A DNA stretch of 64,000 nt from assembly GCA_035084275.1 (NCBI GenBank), contig CM068748.1, positions 2,976,001 through 3,040,000 on the forward strand, in the 5' to 3' direction. This DNA comes from Hydrolagus colliei. Lineage: Eukaryota. Every line of letters starts with the position of its first letter. Positions within the stretch are counted from its first letter, which is position 1. The notes beneath the pieces are model-generated. The model did not search any database. It worked only from the letters and a program-made list of their open reading frames with translations, and was not told the DNA's origin. Made by a program: the position numbers and the translations under genes. Shown piece by piece: positions 12,501 to 24,803 of this stretch.

Positions 12501-14769
12501 ACATCAAACTGTTTGGCTGAGATAACTCAACAAATTCCCAAGATCCCTATTTGCACCTGACATGACACATTTAAGTTACCTCAATTCAGCACGTTAGATA
12601 AATGAGTCTTCTCAGAAGACAATCCAAGTGTAAAAACAGGAACAAATTCTGCCAGCCGTGTAAATAAATGTATAAATATGGATCATTCAGCAGAGCGCAT
12701 TCATTAAATAAGCAGCTTGAAAGCATTCATGTAACAGCACTTGATAGCCATAATAGGGTCTTTTGTTTAGACTTTAGGAGGAGTGAAATACAGGATAGTA
12801 ATGACAAATCCAGGTTAATATATTCCGTTCATCGAGTAGTTAGGGGTGATCACCAAAGCACCAGGTTCTCATTCTGAACCATCTTGAATTGGGCTATGCA
12901 AACAACTATTTGCATTTAACAACAGCAGCAGCAGCAAAATTACACTTGTATAACGTCTTTCACGTCAGGAGGACATCCCAAGGCACTGAGTAACGTCCCA
13001 GAGTGCTTGACAGTGACAGAGCACGTCGCCGAAACACGGAGAAGGTGACCATAGGATTGACCTCAGAAGAAGATCTTCAGGCTCAATCTAAAGATAGGGA
13101 AGAAAAGGGCAAGGCGGAATGATAGAGAAAGTGTGGTTCAGAGTTTTAGGGTGAAAGCCTGGCCACTGTTCACCGATATTATGGCATAAAAAATTCCACC
13201 ACTGCTTTGGAGGAATACCTTTGGATAATTTCTTATCGTTAATGTGCTTTTCCCAGTGAATATACCGCCTCACCTAAGTTTTACAGAAGGTTTATTTACA
13301 AGCATATTCTTGATGTCAATCAGACAATAAGCTTTCCAATCACAGCCGCCATCTCTCCCTGCGTCTGTCTCCGCAACATTAGTTCATTCTGCAGATTCTT
13401 TGCAGACTAACCGATATGCATCTGCCTTGAAACGTGGTGAAGCAGATACAAGCCCTAGTTTAAACTCCTACAGAGAGATTTATGTAAACTCTGCCTTGCG
13501 CATGTGTGTCAGATGGCACAGGGCTGTGTATTGCAAGATAATGACCAAATCCCCCATTCCAAGGTAAAGGGCCTGCAAGAAAAGATGAGGATTAATCTTT
13601 GCTAATTGCAGTATATGACCCTTCTCTCCCCACCAACTCCCCACACACATATATACACATTGCCAAACAATGAGATCATTTTAGGAATAGATTGCTGTAT
13701 GTTTTATAATAAATAAACAAAACCGCCAGGGATTTTCAAATACTGTATCAACTTTCGAGTATTAAACTCTTGGGGGGGAAAAAATACAAATGGTATCAAA
13801 TCCAGTACGTAGCACTGTACATTGCTTTTGGGTGGAAGTTTTAAAACCCCAGTACTAGTGCGTAGTTTTGTTACTGATTCAAATTGTGCGACCTGACCCA
13901 TTTGTTCACTGCTGCAAGTTGAAGCCAAGCTGTTTGCAAAATGGCAATACAGTATTTAGCCACATTACCTCTGTACAAGCGACATGAGAGTCACAGGCTA
14001 TTGGTATGAAGCTGTAAGCTACTGTAAGCTCTTGGAAATATTGGGAATGAATCAAAACTTTCAGGACAGAACTGGACTCTGAGAGAAAGCAATGCTGACA
14101 GTCACTTTGGGTCCAGTGGTTGAGCAGGCCAATAAATGTAGTACTGGATGCCTTCAATGCACGCCTTTATTTCTGGGAAGCAGGAAGGGGGTGGGAGGGG
14201 ACTGGAAAAACCGATGAGGCAAATTCCAGCCTGGTGGGAGCACACATCAATAGGCATAGGAATAGCACCAACATATATCAAGGGAAAAAAAATCATCAAT
14301 GATCAAATGCACACACTCCCACGTGCGAGGCCATAGGATGTGCGATGCAGTCTATTTCAGCCATGAGGGGGCATCACAGCCAAGCCTGACTCACCCATCA
14401 TCCACACACAAGCAATTCCCAGCTGATCTTTTTCAATACCTCAGTCATCAGGTTATTGACAAAGAAGAAGGACCTTCTTAACTGTCTATTGCTGGTCATC
14501 TTAATGGGACAGTAAAGAGAAAATACAGCACTCGGGAGGAATTCTCTCCTGTTCAAAATGAATGAGAAGAAAAAGTATCTCCTAATGTCTAATTCATTTG
14601 CCACACTGTTTGTCAATCCCTAAATAAAAGTGTATTCCGAAAGATCCAGTGCACCAAAGTTTCCTTGCTCTCTCCAGTTAATTGCTGCTGGACAGAGAAT
14701 AAAATGATTTTTTTTTCTTGTAACATTAAAGCTGATTCTGACAGAAGGTTGTGCTGCCTAAAGTGAGCT

Positions 14770-15047
14770 GTACCAGCACCCGTTGCCTTCGCTCCTCTGG
14801 CTCTGGCCTCCTCCATGTCCCCCGAATCCTCCGCTCCACCCTCGGCGGTCGTGCCTTTATGCCCCGAGGCCCTGGAATTCCCTTCGTCACTACCTTGGCC
14901 TCGCCCCCTCTCTTCTCAGCTTCACGTCCCAGCTGAAGACCTTTCTCTTCGACCACGCCTTTGGTCACCTTTCTACCCCTGCCCCATTGTGAAGCGCTCT
15001 GAATCGCTGTCCGGCTGGAGGGCGCTATATGAATCTAAGTTGTTGTG
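14770..15047 (+). mobile_element. L2 LINE 3' fragment
   Basis: LRSSGSGLLHVPRILRSTLGGRAF...SFTSQLKTFLFDHAF with tail TGTGAAGCGCTCTGA..GCGCTATATGAATCTAAGTTGTTG. Near-identical to 18090-18400. Confidence 0.85.
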
Positions 15048-17164
15048 AATCTAATGCAGTGCACAGATTATGTTGTGAAACTTCTGGAGACATCACGGTG
15101 ACACTACTATCAAATGCAAGAATTATTTTTACGCTTTATTTCTGTAAACTGAAAACTTTCATAGCAAGTCTCTGATCCCACTGGGCTAAATGGAGCAAAC
15201 TCCCACTTTCAGACTGTTACGTCCCCTGATTACCAATTTGTAAATGGGGAAAACTTCTGTAATTTGGGATTTGCTTTCCGGCATTGTTGCAAAAGTGTGC
15301 GGCTTTTGAGAAACAGTCAATTCGCTTGATATTATACATTTGGTGAAATTCCAATAAAAGCACAAAGACACATCAAGTTCTCGAGCAAAAGTGATTTAGC
15401 TTGAAGGCACTTTTTAAAAACAAAGAATGCTACTGTTAGCATTAAAATTATTACATTTGATATTCTTGCTGTATAGGCCGACGAGGAAAACACATTATAC
15501 TTATTGAGAGAGAATACATATAAAGTGGTGATTTAATGCCTGAGCTATTGAGCACCAAAATATTCTACTGAGTTCAGTTATCAGACCTTGGAAATGGTTC
15601 ATATTCTGTACAGTATTCAATATAATTTTATGTTCATTTTCTACATCAGGGAAGGGAGTTCAAGACAATTTGGGTTCCTCTTACTGTCTAAGGCTTTAAT
15701 ATTTTGACTGTCTTTAAGATGACCAGGAGATGATTTGACACTGGATAGGTTATTGTAATACTGTTATTGATTTAGCTTAAAATATTGAATCGTCAAGCAA
15801 CAAAAGGAAAGTCAAGAATTCTAATAAGAATTACAACAACAACAAAATTACACTTGTATAGCTCCTTTCACGTCAGGAGGACGTCCCAAGGCACTGGAAA
15901 TTATATACACACACATGCTTGCTGATTATAGAATACCCACAATGAAATCATCATCAAACATAGCCAGACAGTATCATTTAAAATACCACATCAATTAATC
16001 AATGTATTACTTTTCAACAAAACCATATTTTTCATTCCCTGACCTACAAACTCTCCTCAATTAGTCCCTGGAAATATCGTTGTGTGCATTTTTTCCGACT
16101 GTCTCATGGTTTCATACTTCACATCATTTTGAGTGCTGTGTCTAAATGACTTTACTAGGCATGAACGTTAAGGTCTGTATCTGTTTCCTGAGATTTAGCC
16201 AGTAATTGAAAACGTGCTGCCCAGTAAATAAAAATAATTACTGGCACAAATGTGATTGGATTGATACACAGCCCCAAGCGCCGTTTCCACATTCACTTTC
16301 TTTCAAATGTAGCACACAGTCCAATATATCATTGGAACCTCTAATTACTGCAGTCTTTAGACACTACACATGGGCATACTCTGCTGGAAACAGCACAAGG
16401 TCCTTGAAAAACGATCCTTAAATCCTGGAAAAGATTTAGACTGAAAAACACATAAAACGCTAGCAGATAAATGTTAGTTGAGGGTCTCTGCGGATGAGAA
16501 AAATAAGCAGGGATGGCTTCGTTCTTCTAAAAAGCCTCAAATGACGACAGATCTATGTGCGCAAATGCTAACCAGAAGCAACAGTGGGGCAAATGAACCG
16601 AAGGTGTCTGTCAGTATGGCAATTCCATCACCCGCTGATGAAATGATAAGGGTACAAAACATGACCGGTGCATTCCGAACAGCGTGATTCACTGGCGAGG
16701 GCTTCATCAGGTAATACTGCAGGCGCAGTATTTTACAGGATTGTAAAACAAGAAATGATTTAAAGAAGTGTCACTCGAGTAGCAACGCACACAACCCATT
16801 AGGGAACGGTGGTGGAGATTTTGCAAAATGGTGAGCGTTGGGGAATTCACAAGCGAAATTACGGTGACTCGTTAAAGCAAAAGGGGGAAATTCTCTGATT
16901 GTCGGATTCTAATCGAACCTTGTATGTCGTGTGCGCACGCGTCCGCGCGCACTCACACACGCAGACGATGTGTACGTATACACATACACTTTTACTTAAT
17001 TGATTCGAATCCAAAACAAACTACTGATCAAACACCCTTCAAATGAGACAACTGGAGAATATGTACAGTTTGTAACTTCTCGTGAAATCTTCCCAATAGT
17101 GGACAAGCTCGGTTCGGATGAAGAAGGCACAGAACACGTGTGTTATTGAAAATAAGTTGCTTCA

Positions 17165-17480
17165 CAATGATTCTTTATTAGTAAGAGAACTATAAAATTC
17201 ACAATAATTCAAGTCACAGGATGTCTCAAAGTACTTTACTGTAAAGTGCAGCGACTGAGTATTTATTGGGTAAACACAATAGGACAGTGGGAAAAACTCC
17301 CTTCTACTTTTGTATAGCGCCATGGATTCTGTCAACCTGAACAGACAGAACCTCACCTAATGCCAACCACATCTGTCCACGGCAGCATTCCCTCAATATT
17401 GTACTGACGTACGTACCTCGACTATATGACCTCAATGTCTCGTTATGGAGCTTCATGCCACAATCTTACTGACTCAACCA
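17165..17480 (-). mobile_element. Degenerate Deu-domain SINE
   Basis: CAGCATTCCCTCAATATTGTACTG..CTCGACTATATG..ACAATCTTACTGACTC is the reverse complement of the DeuSINE core seen at 1333-1516. Confidence 0.55.
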
Positions 17481-17780
17481 GCCTGACACTTCCATCCCAA
17501 TTAACATAACCTGTTGACACGCCCGTCTATCAGATCAGATCACCCAGGCTAATAACTAAGGTTAAAGAAAGAACACAAACAAGTATGAGGAGTTTTCAAA
17601 GTCTTGGCTTTAGTCTTTCAAGTGTACAATATCTCCCTCAGGATGGATGTACTTTTGAGAAACGTATCAGGTATCTTGATCTAGTGAACAGTCAGCAAAT
17701 GGTCAGGGAATTATACATGGTCCAATAACAACAACTTGCATTTATATAGCGCCGGGCTGTGTCTCAGAGCGCTTCACAAT

Positions 17781-18406
17781 GGCCCAAGCCCGAGCCTCAC
17801 CCCAAAAGCCACTGAAACCCTGGTCCACACCTTCGTCACCTCACGGCTGGACTATTCAAATGCCCTCCTCGCTGGTCTCCCCTCCACCACAATCCATAAA
17901 ATCCAACTCATCCAAAACTCTGCCGCCCACATACTCACGCACCAAACTTCACTCCCCCATTACCCCAGTCCTTGCCAGACTTCACTGGCTCCTTATCCCC
18001 TAGAGGATCGACTTCAAGATCCTCACCCTTGTTTCAAATCCCTCCACTCCTCTGCACCCTCTACCTCTCTGACCTCCTCTCTCCTCAAACCAGCACCTGT
18101 TGCCTTCGCTCCACTGGGTCTGGCCTCCACCATGTCCCCTGAATCCTCCGCTCCACCCTCGGCGGCCGTGCCTTCGGCCACCCCGCCCCAAGGCTCTGGA
18201 ACTCCCTTTCTCACTCCTTTTGCCTCGCCCCCTCTTTTCTCAGTTTCAGGTCCCAGCTGAAGACCTCTTCCGACTGCGCCTTTGGTCACCTTTCTACTCC
18301 TGCCTCTGGCTCGGTCCCGGGATCCGCTATTGTGAAGCGCTCTGAGACGCCAGCCGGCGTGGAGGGCGCTATATAAATTAAAGTTGTTGTTGTTGTTGTT
18401 GTTATT
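17781..18406 (+). mobile_element. L2 LINE, 5'-truncated (RT C-terminus and 3'UTR)
   Basis: ATETLVHTFVTSRLDYSNALLAGLP..IHKIQLIQNSAA / ITPVLARLHWL motifs typical of L2 ORF2, frameshifted, with a (GTT)n tail. Confidence 0.9.
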
Positions 18407-18689
18407 GTATGTCACATTAGCAAGTCCTGCATGGAGGGTGATTTTGCCCTTTACTTGATTCTACAAGTTGAATATGAAAGACAACCAAGAGAAGGATAAT
18501 AATACATAGTCAACATCATTTTGTTTAGGTACTGAAGTCATTACAAGTTGTGAAGTACTCTTTTTATACTGAGCTCCTGAGGGCTAAGAAAACACATAAT
18601 GTCCAAAACAGTGACAATACGTCTGTTATTATTACCAAAATGCAGTGTCCAGCACGCCCAACAATCCTGTCATCTTAAATAAAAACCAA

Positions 18690-18927
18690 AGGTATACTGT
18701 AAAATGAATTGACTGTATATATGTGGGCAAAATGCGGTAGCCAATTGTGCACAGCAGTATCCACAAACAGCCATGGATTCAAATGTCCAATTTATTATTG
18801 TTTTCTCAGGGATTATTATTAGGCGTGTGGAGTAAGGAAACGTGCCCAAGGTTTCGATCTGCCTGGAATGCAACCCAGGTCTCTCGCTTGTAAGGCGAGT
18901 GCTCTCACCACTGAGCTACAGGACTCT
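18690..18927 (-). mobile_element. tRNA-derived SINE (head and body)
   Basis: Minus strand GAGTCCTGTAGCTCAGTGGTGAGAGCACTCGCCTTACAAGCGAGAGACCTGGGTTGCATTCCAGG carries Pol III A and B boxes. Confidence 0.8.
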
Positions 18928-19699
18928 ACAATTGGTTTTGAACCAGTTTGGGTTCAGCAAGGAACTCAGCTATCAGGTACCAGAAGTCTCTCGGTCAATT
19001 ACAAATTGGACTTGGATTGCTGAAAGCACATAGTCAAGTGAATTTTGACTCTAGTTTTTTTAATTAATACTCACTGCGAAACTATACACTGCTCGGGTGA
19101 TGAGAGGAAACTGGATATTCCTCAAAAATACAGATTAATCTGTAAGAGTTTCTGTACCTCTCGCAGAGCAGAAGTGCATAGAGATTTTAAACCAATGCAA
19201 CCTACAGACCCATACAAGTAATATGTCCTTTCCTTTGCTTGTTAATCAATCCAGTCAAATGCTTTTGAAAAGGCAATATAAATACATGGAATGATAAGTC
19301 GCTGCTTGAACTCATTGGGTGTCCATTCCTACCAAACTATGTATAATCTATCTCTTTGGCTTCACCAATTTAATCATTGAAGGAAAAAAACTGAAGGGAC
19401 AAAAATAATTATTAAAAAGTACAGCGAATGTATTTTTTGACTGAGTTCAAATATATGAACACATCCTTTTTTTAAAAATTAAACCTGTCTAAGCTTGGTT
19501 TCCCTATCGAAGCTTGAATATGGTTTAGTAATACAATCTATATACAGTATATAGGTTTTCCCCATTTTCCACTGATAAATAATGCAGGTCGCCTCTCTTG
19601 CATAAGTAAGCAGGCGGCAGACACACGACCAAAGAGTATCTAAAGGTGAATAGTTCAGGGTTTGCGTTACGAGCTGGAAAAAGCATCTTTTATTCCCCC

Positions 19700-20195
19700 T
19701 GCTTACCACATCACCCTCGCCCGGCTCCATTGGCACCCTAACCCTAACCCCATCCCCCAGAGGATCGAATTCAAGAACCTCGTCCTCACTTTCAAGGCCA
19801 TTCACGGCCTTGCCCCCTCCTATCTCTCCGACCTACTGTCTCCCTGTGAACCTACTCGCCCCCTCCATTCAGTGGGCTCTGGCCTGTCCCAAGTCCCCTG
19901 CCAGACCTGCCCTACCATCGGTGGCCAGGCTTTCAGCCTCTCTGCCCCCACACTCTGGAACTCCATCCCACAGTCCCTTTGTCTCTCTTCCTCCCTTGCA
20001 TCCTTTAAGGCCAGTCTAAAGACCCTTCTGTTCGATCATGTTTTCTGCTGCTCTCTCGCTCCCCTGCTGACTCTCTTCCTCCCATCCCCCCTCCACTGCC
20101 CCTGCCCCTTGTTCAGGTCCCGACCTGACTGTTCAGTGCCTTGGGACGTCCTCCCGATGTGAAAGGCGCTCTATAAATGTAATTTTTTTTTGTTT
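19700..20195 (+). mobile_element. L2 LINE 3' fragment
   Basis: HITLARLHW..IPQRIEFKNLVLTFKAIHGLAPSYLSDLL...APTLWNSIP..SFKASLKTLLF and the L2 3' tail. Confidence 0.9.
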
Positions 20196-20391
20196 CTATT
20201 AAGGAAACTGCAGCTGCCTTTGTAAGTTCTCCCAGGAACTGATATATTTGCTTGTGGAAATCTGTCTCAGCATATACATAACAACCCTTCATTGGATGTA
20301 ATCACACTGATTAAGAAATCTGCATGGATTACAGCCCTTGTACAATGTATGCAAACTTGCTGGAGATTGATTACACAAGCGGGTTCCTTAC

Positions 20392-20491
20392 CTACCTGAT
20401 GATCTCCTGTTGGCTTCGGTCTTTTACTTCCTCTCAGTATCTCAGTATCCCCTGCTGGGCTCACACATTTCTCAGTGGGAGCCACTTGCAT
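20392..20491 (-). CDS. Candidate alternative first coding exon (MQVAPTEKCVSPAGDTEILRGSKRPKPTGDHQV|G)
   Basis: ATG-initiated, 100 nt, ends in a consensus-like donor TAG|GTAAGG in phase 1, compatible with the shared CtBP exon. Non-repetitive context. No homology support. Confidence 0.3.
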
Positions 20492-21267
20492 CAGTGTCCT
20501 AGGTTAGCGCGTGCTATTCCTAAAGTGGATAGTCAGCTGTTACCTTGGCAGCAAATCGCAGTCAGAAACTTGCGACGATGTGGAGTTGCTGAGCAGCGAG
20601 CCACAGATGTGCAAAATATTATGATTCACACCCTCAGCCAGTCCTGCAGCATTAAAGTGTTCAGCACATTGAGAAATCAAAGACGTTAGCAAACTGTCAG
20701 CCCCGTCAGTGCTGTCCTGCCTAGGGCTGTCAGGACTTCATACGCCCGATATTTGATGGCTCTTCCCACCTATTAAATATCAAGCTTCTCGAGTTGCAAA
20801 ATTTCCCTGGCAGTCAGGCCAACGGATTACATAGCAGTTTGGGGTGACCTGGAAATTGCATTGCGAGGCTGATGCAAATTGCGCAGGGAAAGCAGAGTAT
20901 CAACCCATCCCGTTCACTTGGAAACCTATTGATACTTGGCAACGCTGGCTCCGTTTGTAAAACCAACGCGAGTTAACCCGCCACACTTTGCCCGTCTACC
21001 CTGTGAAGTTTGGCGATTCGCAACTCCACACGCGAGTTGGCTTAAACATAAGGGCAATAGCCTTGCTCGCCGGCCTCCGACATTGCTAATGGTTGAACGG
21101 CACTGATGAGATCAAATGCTCCTGATTAATCATCGACTGTAACTCTGGACTGTGGGTAGTATTGCCACCAGCTGCTTTGAGACTGTATATTGCTATGGGT
21201 GGGGGAGATCAGGTCCTTCATTGGGTTTATGCTGCACTTTCAGCATCAATTCATGGTGACATCATTG

Positions 21268-21670
21268 ATAATAATAATCCTAATATTTGATATAGCGCCT
21301 TATCAGGTTATTGAGATATCACGTCTCAAAGTGCTTCACAGGACACTGTAATGTGAATTGGCTGTATATTTGTGTTTGTAGGACATTGCACAAATGCAAG
21401 GATTATTATTATTATTGCGCAAAGTAGTATCAGTATCCCACAAACATTGATGAATCGAGTGACCACATTATTATATTTTTTGAAGGGATTATTAGCTCCG
21501 GAAAGCCATCTGACAATCAACTAAAAAGCGGGTTCCTACTTACTGCCAGGTAAACAGAGGGGTGTGTGAAGTGTAAGGAAACTTGGCTAAGGTTTAGCCC
21601 TGACTGGGAATTGAACCCTGGTCCTCACTCTTGCGAGACGAGCGTGCTAACCACTGAGCTGCAGGACTCC
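21268..21670 (-). mobile_element. Near full-length tRNA-derived SINE (longer variant)
   Basis: Head GGAGTCCTGCAGCTCAGTGGTTAGCACGCTCG..CAGGGTTCAATTCCC, internal CTGTTTACCTGGCAGTAAGTAGGAACCCG, ATT tail. Confidence 0.8.
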
Positions 21671-22451
21671 ACACGGTGCACAGAATTAATAGTGAAAACA
21701 GCTAGCAGCTCAACATGTGAGATCACATACACCATGCCCCTTGATAAGCATGTGATTTGATTTCAGAAACTTACTTTCAGTAGCAAGCATAAATGCAGCA
21801 GGGCTGGAAACTGATCTAAAGCACTCAAATGAGAGTCTTTTCTCTGCTGTTTCACTTGTTCTTCAATTTGGGATCCTTAATAGAGAACTCAGTAACATTG
21901 TGTACAACCAAATAAACTTATTCCACACTACTGGGCAAAGATCAGGGATTTTTTTCCTGAAAAATATGAACACTATAATTCCGAAGAGATTTTAAATAAT
22001 AATGATCAGTACAGTAAGCCTCACTGGTGTTAGCGTTTTCTATCCAATGAGGCATTTAATGCTCTCCACGTTTTACAATATGCAGAATCTTGTTAATAAC
22101 CGCATTCCCCCTCCTGGACTTTATTTTAATGCAGCAAACAATGTAATTTAACTGTCAAGCACACGTCTACAAACCCACCCTTTCCCAAGAGTACTTTATA
22201 TTTGCTTCCAAAGTTGTTCAATAACATTTAATCCTGTGTACCCTAGACAATTTGGGAAATCATGTTGTTTTGAGTAGTTTTGGTTACGCGCAGTTGTTTC
22301 CGACTGGTTTGGCTGGAGGGGCGGGAGGAAAATAAGAGGAAGAGATGCCAAAGAGATGCTTATTATTATAACAAGAAACACAGTAATATCGAACTTATGA
22401 TCTCCAATATAGTTGTTTTCCTTTAGGGCAAAATATTTTGATTGAAAACAA

Positions 22452-22735
22452 TAATAATCATCATCCTTGCGTTTGATATAGCACTTTATCACAACTTCTA
22501 GACGTCTCAGAGTGCTTCACAGAATATACTATCAAGTGAATTGACTGTATATGTTGTAGGAGAAACACGGCAGCCAATTGCGCATGGCAGTGTTCCACAA
22601 ACAGTCGTGGATTGGGTGAACAAATTATAATTTTTTTTAATGGGATTATTATCCCGGGAAACGCAATTCCACAATCGACTAACGACCGGGTTCCTGCTTA
22701 CCGCTAGGTAAACAGAAGTGTGTGGAGGAAGGAAA
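22452..22735 (-). mobile_element. SINE lacking its tRNA head, abutting the long inverted repeat
   Basis: Tail and body match the other copies. The match stops at GGAAACT, exactly where the inverted-repeat arm starts. Confidence 0.75.
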
Positions 22736-24803
22736 CTTTCATTACCCTCAAGTGTACAGTACTAAGAGTGAGAAACCTCAGTCTAATCAACCCAGAGTGC
22801 ATGCTGGAAAATCTGGTGAAATTATTACAAAATTCAGGTGTGGAATCCAGATAAACTACAGAACTCTGAGAGATGGTTTATTCCACTGGCTCCGTCAGGA
22901 TTTAGTGAAGGATTTCGATTGGAAAACTTGATCATTGTGGGTGGCCCTATTACCTGGACTTTTTAACAGCCCCAACTTGTTGTGTAGTAGGCCCGGTGGC
23001 TGACGACAACATTTTAATGGGCAACACGCTGTACCACCCTCTCAACAGTAACCACATTTTAGTATGTAACAAAATACATTTATGCCATTTTTTCACTTAA
23101 AAGTAATTCCATGAACTGTGGGAATTGCACAAAACGAATGGAGAAGCAAATTAAAAAAAAACACAGCAAATAGGAGGCAGGGGTATATGGCCAGAACAGT
23201 AGACTGCAAATCTATGGAGGTTAGAGGCTAGGACCTTCTAAAGGTTGGATCACACTTGGAGTATTACGTGGCCTCTCTGCTATTAAAAAGCAATTGCAGT
23301 ACATGCGTTGGAAAGAGAACAAAGAAAGCCAACTAGCCTGATTGCAAGTGCAAAAGAGGGAGAAACGCAAGGAGGGGCTGAAGAAGTTAAACTGTGCACT
23401 GCAGAAGCAAGGACCTTCTGAAGGTGATTTATAAAACACTGGATAACACAGATAGGATCAACTGAGGATGATACTTCAGATCGAGACAGTATCGGGTAGG
23501 GTAACGGTTATTAAGCTATTTAACAGAATAAGAAAATAATTTGAAACAGATATTAGGAAGAATAACACAATTTAAAGTTCAGAACAATTCATCTGGCTGG
23601 TAATAGTGAGGAAGGCATTGAAGATCGTAATGAAGCTGGCCATAATACTGGTGGAGGGATGAGCATGGGAAGCTGAATGGACATTTGTTCAGCTTTTAGT
23701 TTTCTTATGTTCCCTGGGACATTACTTTAACACAGTTCAATACAATTTCTCTCAATAGCAGCAGTGCGCAGTGTTTAGGGGAGAAGTGCAGCAGGAACAA
23801 TGGTTGATTAAAAGTCTGGCAAAAAGGAATGGCTCAACGCAAAGTCATCTTCAGTCAGGTAGATCACTGCCCACAATCTTCCCTCATCCCTGGGGCAAGG
23901 CAATCTCTTCCTATAAGCCCTCAGACCTAACAGCTACAACACATCCAGAGCTGTTTCACGCTTGCGAAGGTGCACCGATGCATACTTCAGCAAACGGTCT
24001 GTACAATGAATATACCTTAACCATGTATGTAAATACATGGAAACATTTACAAAAAACAATTAAGCAAAATAACAATCTCGCAAAAAAATAATAATCATTT
24101 GGTCACTCAATCCACAGAAGTTTGCGGGACACTGCTGTGTGCAATCGGCTGCCACGTTTCATCCATAAAATATACAGTCCTTACAGTACATTCTGTGAAG
24201 CGCTTTGAGACATCTCGAAGACATGATGAGGAGCTATATCAAATGCAAGGATTAGTATTGTATTATTTTATATTGGTTCTTCATACTATAGTCTCTCATT
24301 GAAGTATCCAGAGCTCAAGCATCCAGCAAGTACTTCAGTTAAATTATTTCACCCACAAGACACAGTCAATCCACCTTCAAATGTATTCTGTGAAGCACTT
24401 TGAGACATTTCAATGCTATGATATCAAATGTAAATGGATATTATTATTAAATTAAACATGCTTATCATTTTCTGCTCAATAAAAAAAAAGATTTTCACAT
24501 CTCCTACTTCTTTTACACAGCTCTTAGTAAAAGCATTTATTAGGGCTGACTACTGCACAACACGTTGGCGCTGTTAAAAAGTCCAGGTAATAGGTCCACC
24601 CACAATGATCAAGTTTTCCAATCTAAATGTGCACTAAATCCTGACAGAGCCGGTGGAATAAACCATCCCTCAGAGTTCTGTAGTTTATCTGGATTCCACA
24701 CCTGAATTTTGTAATAAATTCACCAGATTTTCCAGCATGCACTCTGGGCTGATTAGACTGAGGTTTCTCACTCTTAGTACTGTACACTCAAGGGTACTGA
24801 AAG
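22736..24803. repeat. Long inverted repeat: arms 22736-22990 and 24550-24803
   Basis: Left arm GTGTACAGTACTAAGAGTGAGAAACCTCAGTCTAATCAACCCAGAGTGCATGCTGGAAAATCTGGTG... is the reverse complement of ...CACCAGATTTTCCAGCATGCACTCTGGGCTGATTAGACTGAGGTTTCTCACTCTTAGTACTGTACAC. Roughly 90% identical by eye over about 255 bp. Confidence 0.92.
23520..23712 (+). mobile_element. Old CR1 3' fragment
   Basis: TTTGAAACAGATATTAGGAAG...GGGAAGCTGAATGGACATTTGTTC..TTTCTTATGTTC. Confidence 0.5.

Noticed and set aside
18850-18927. tRNA gene-like sequences (also 21600-21670, 44449-44520, 59275-59346)
   Set aside because: These are SINE heads contiguous with SINE bodies, with no complete cloverleaf.
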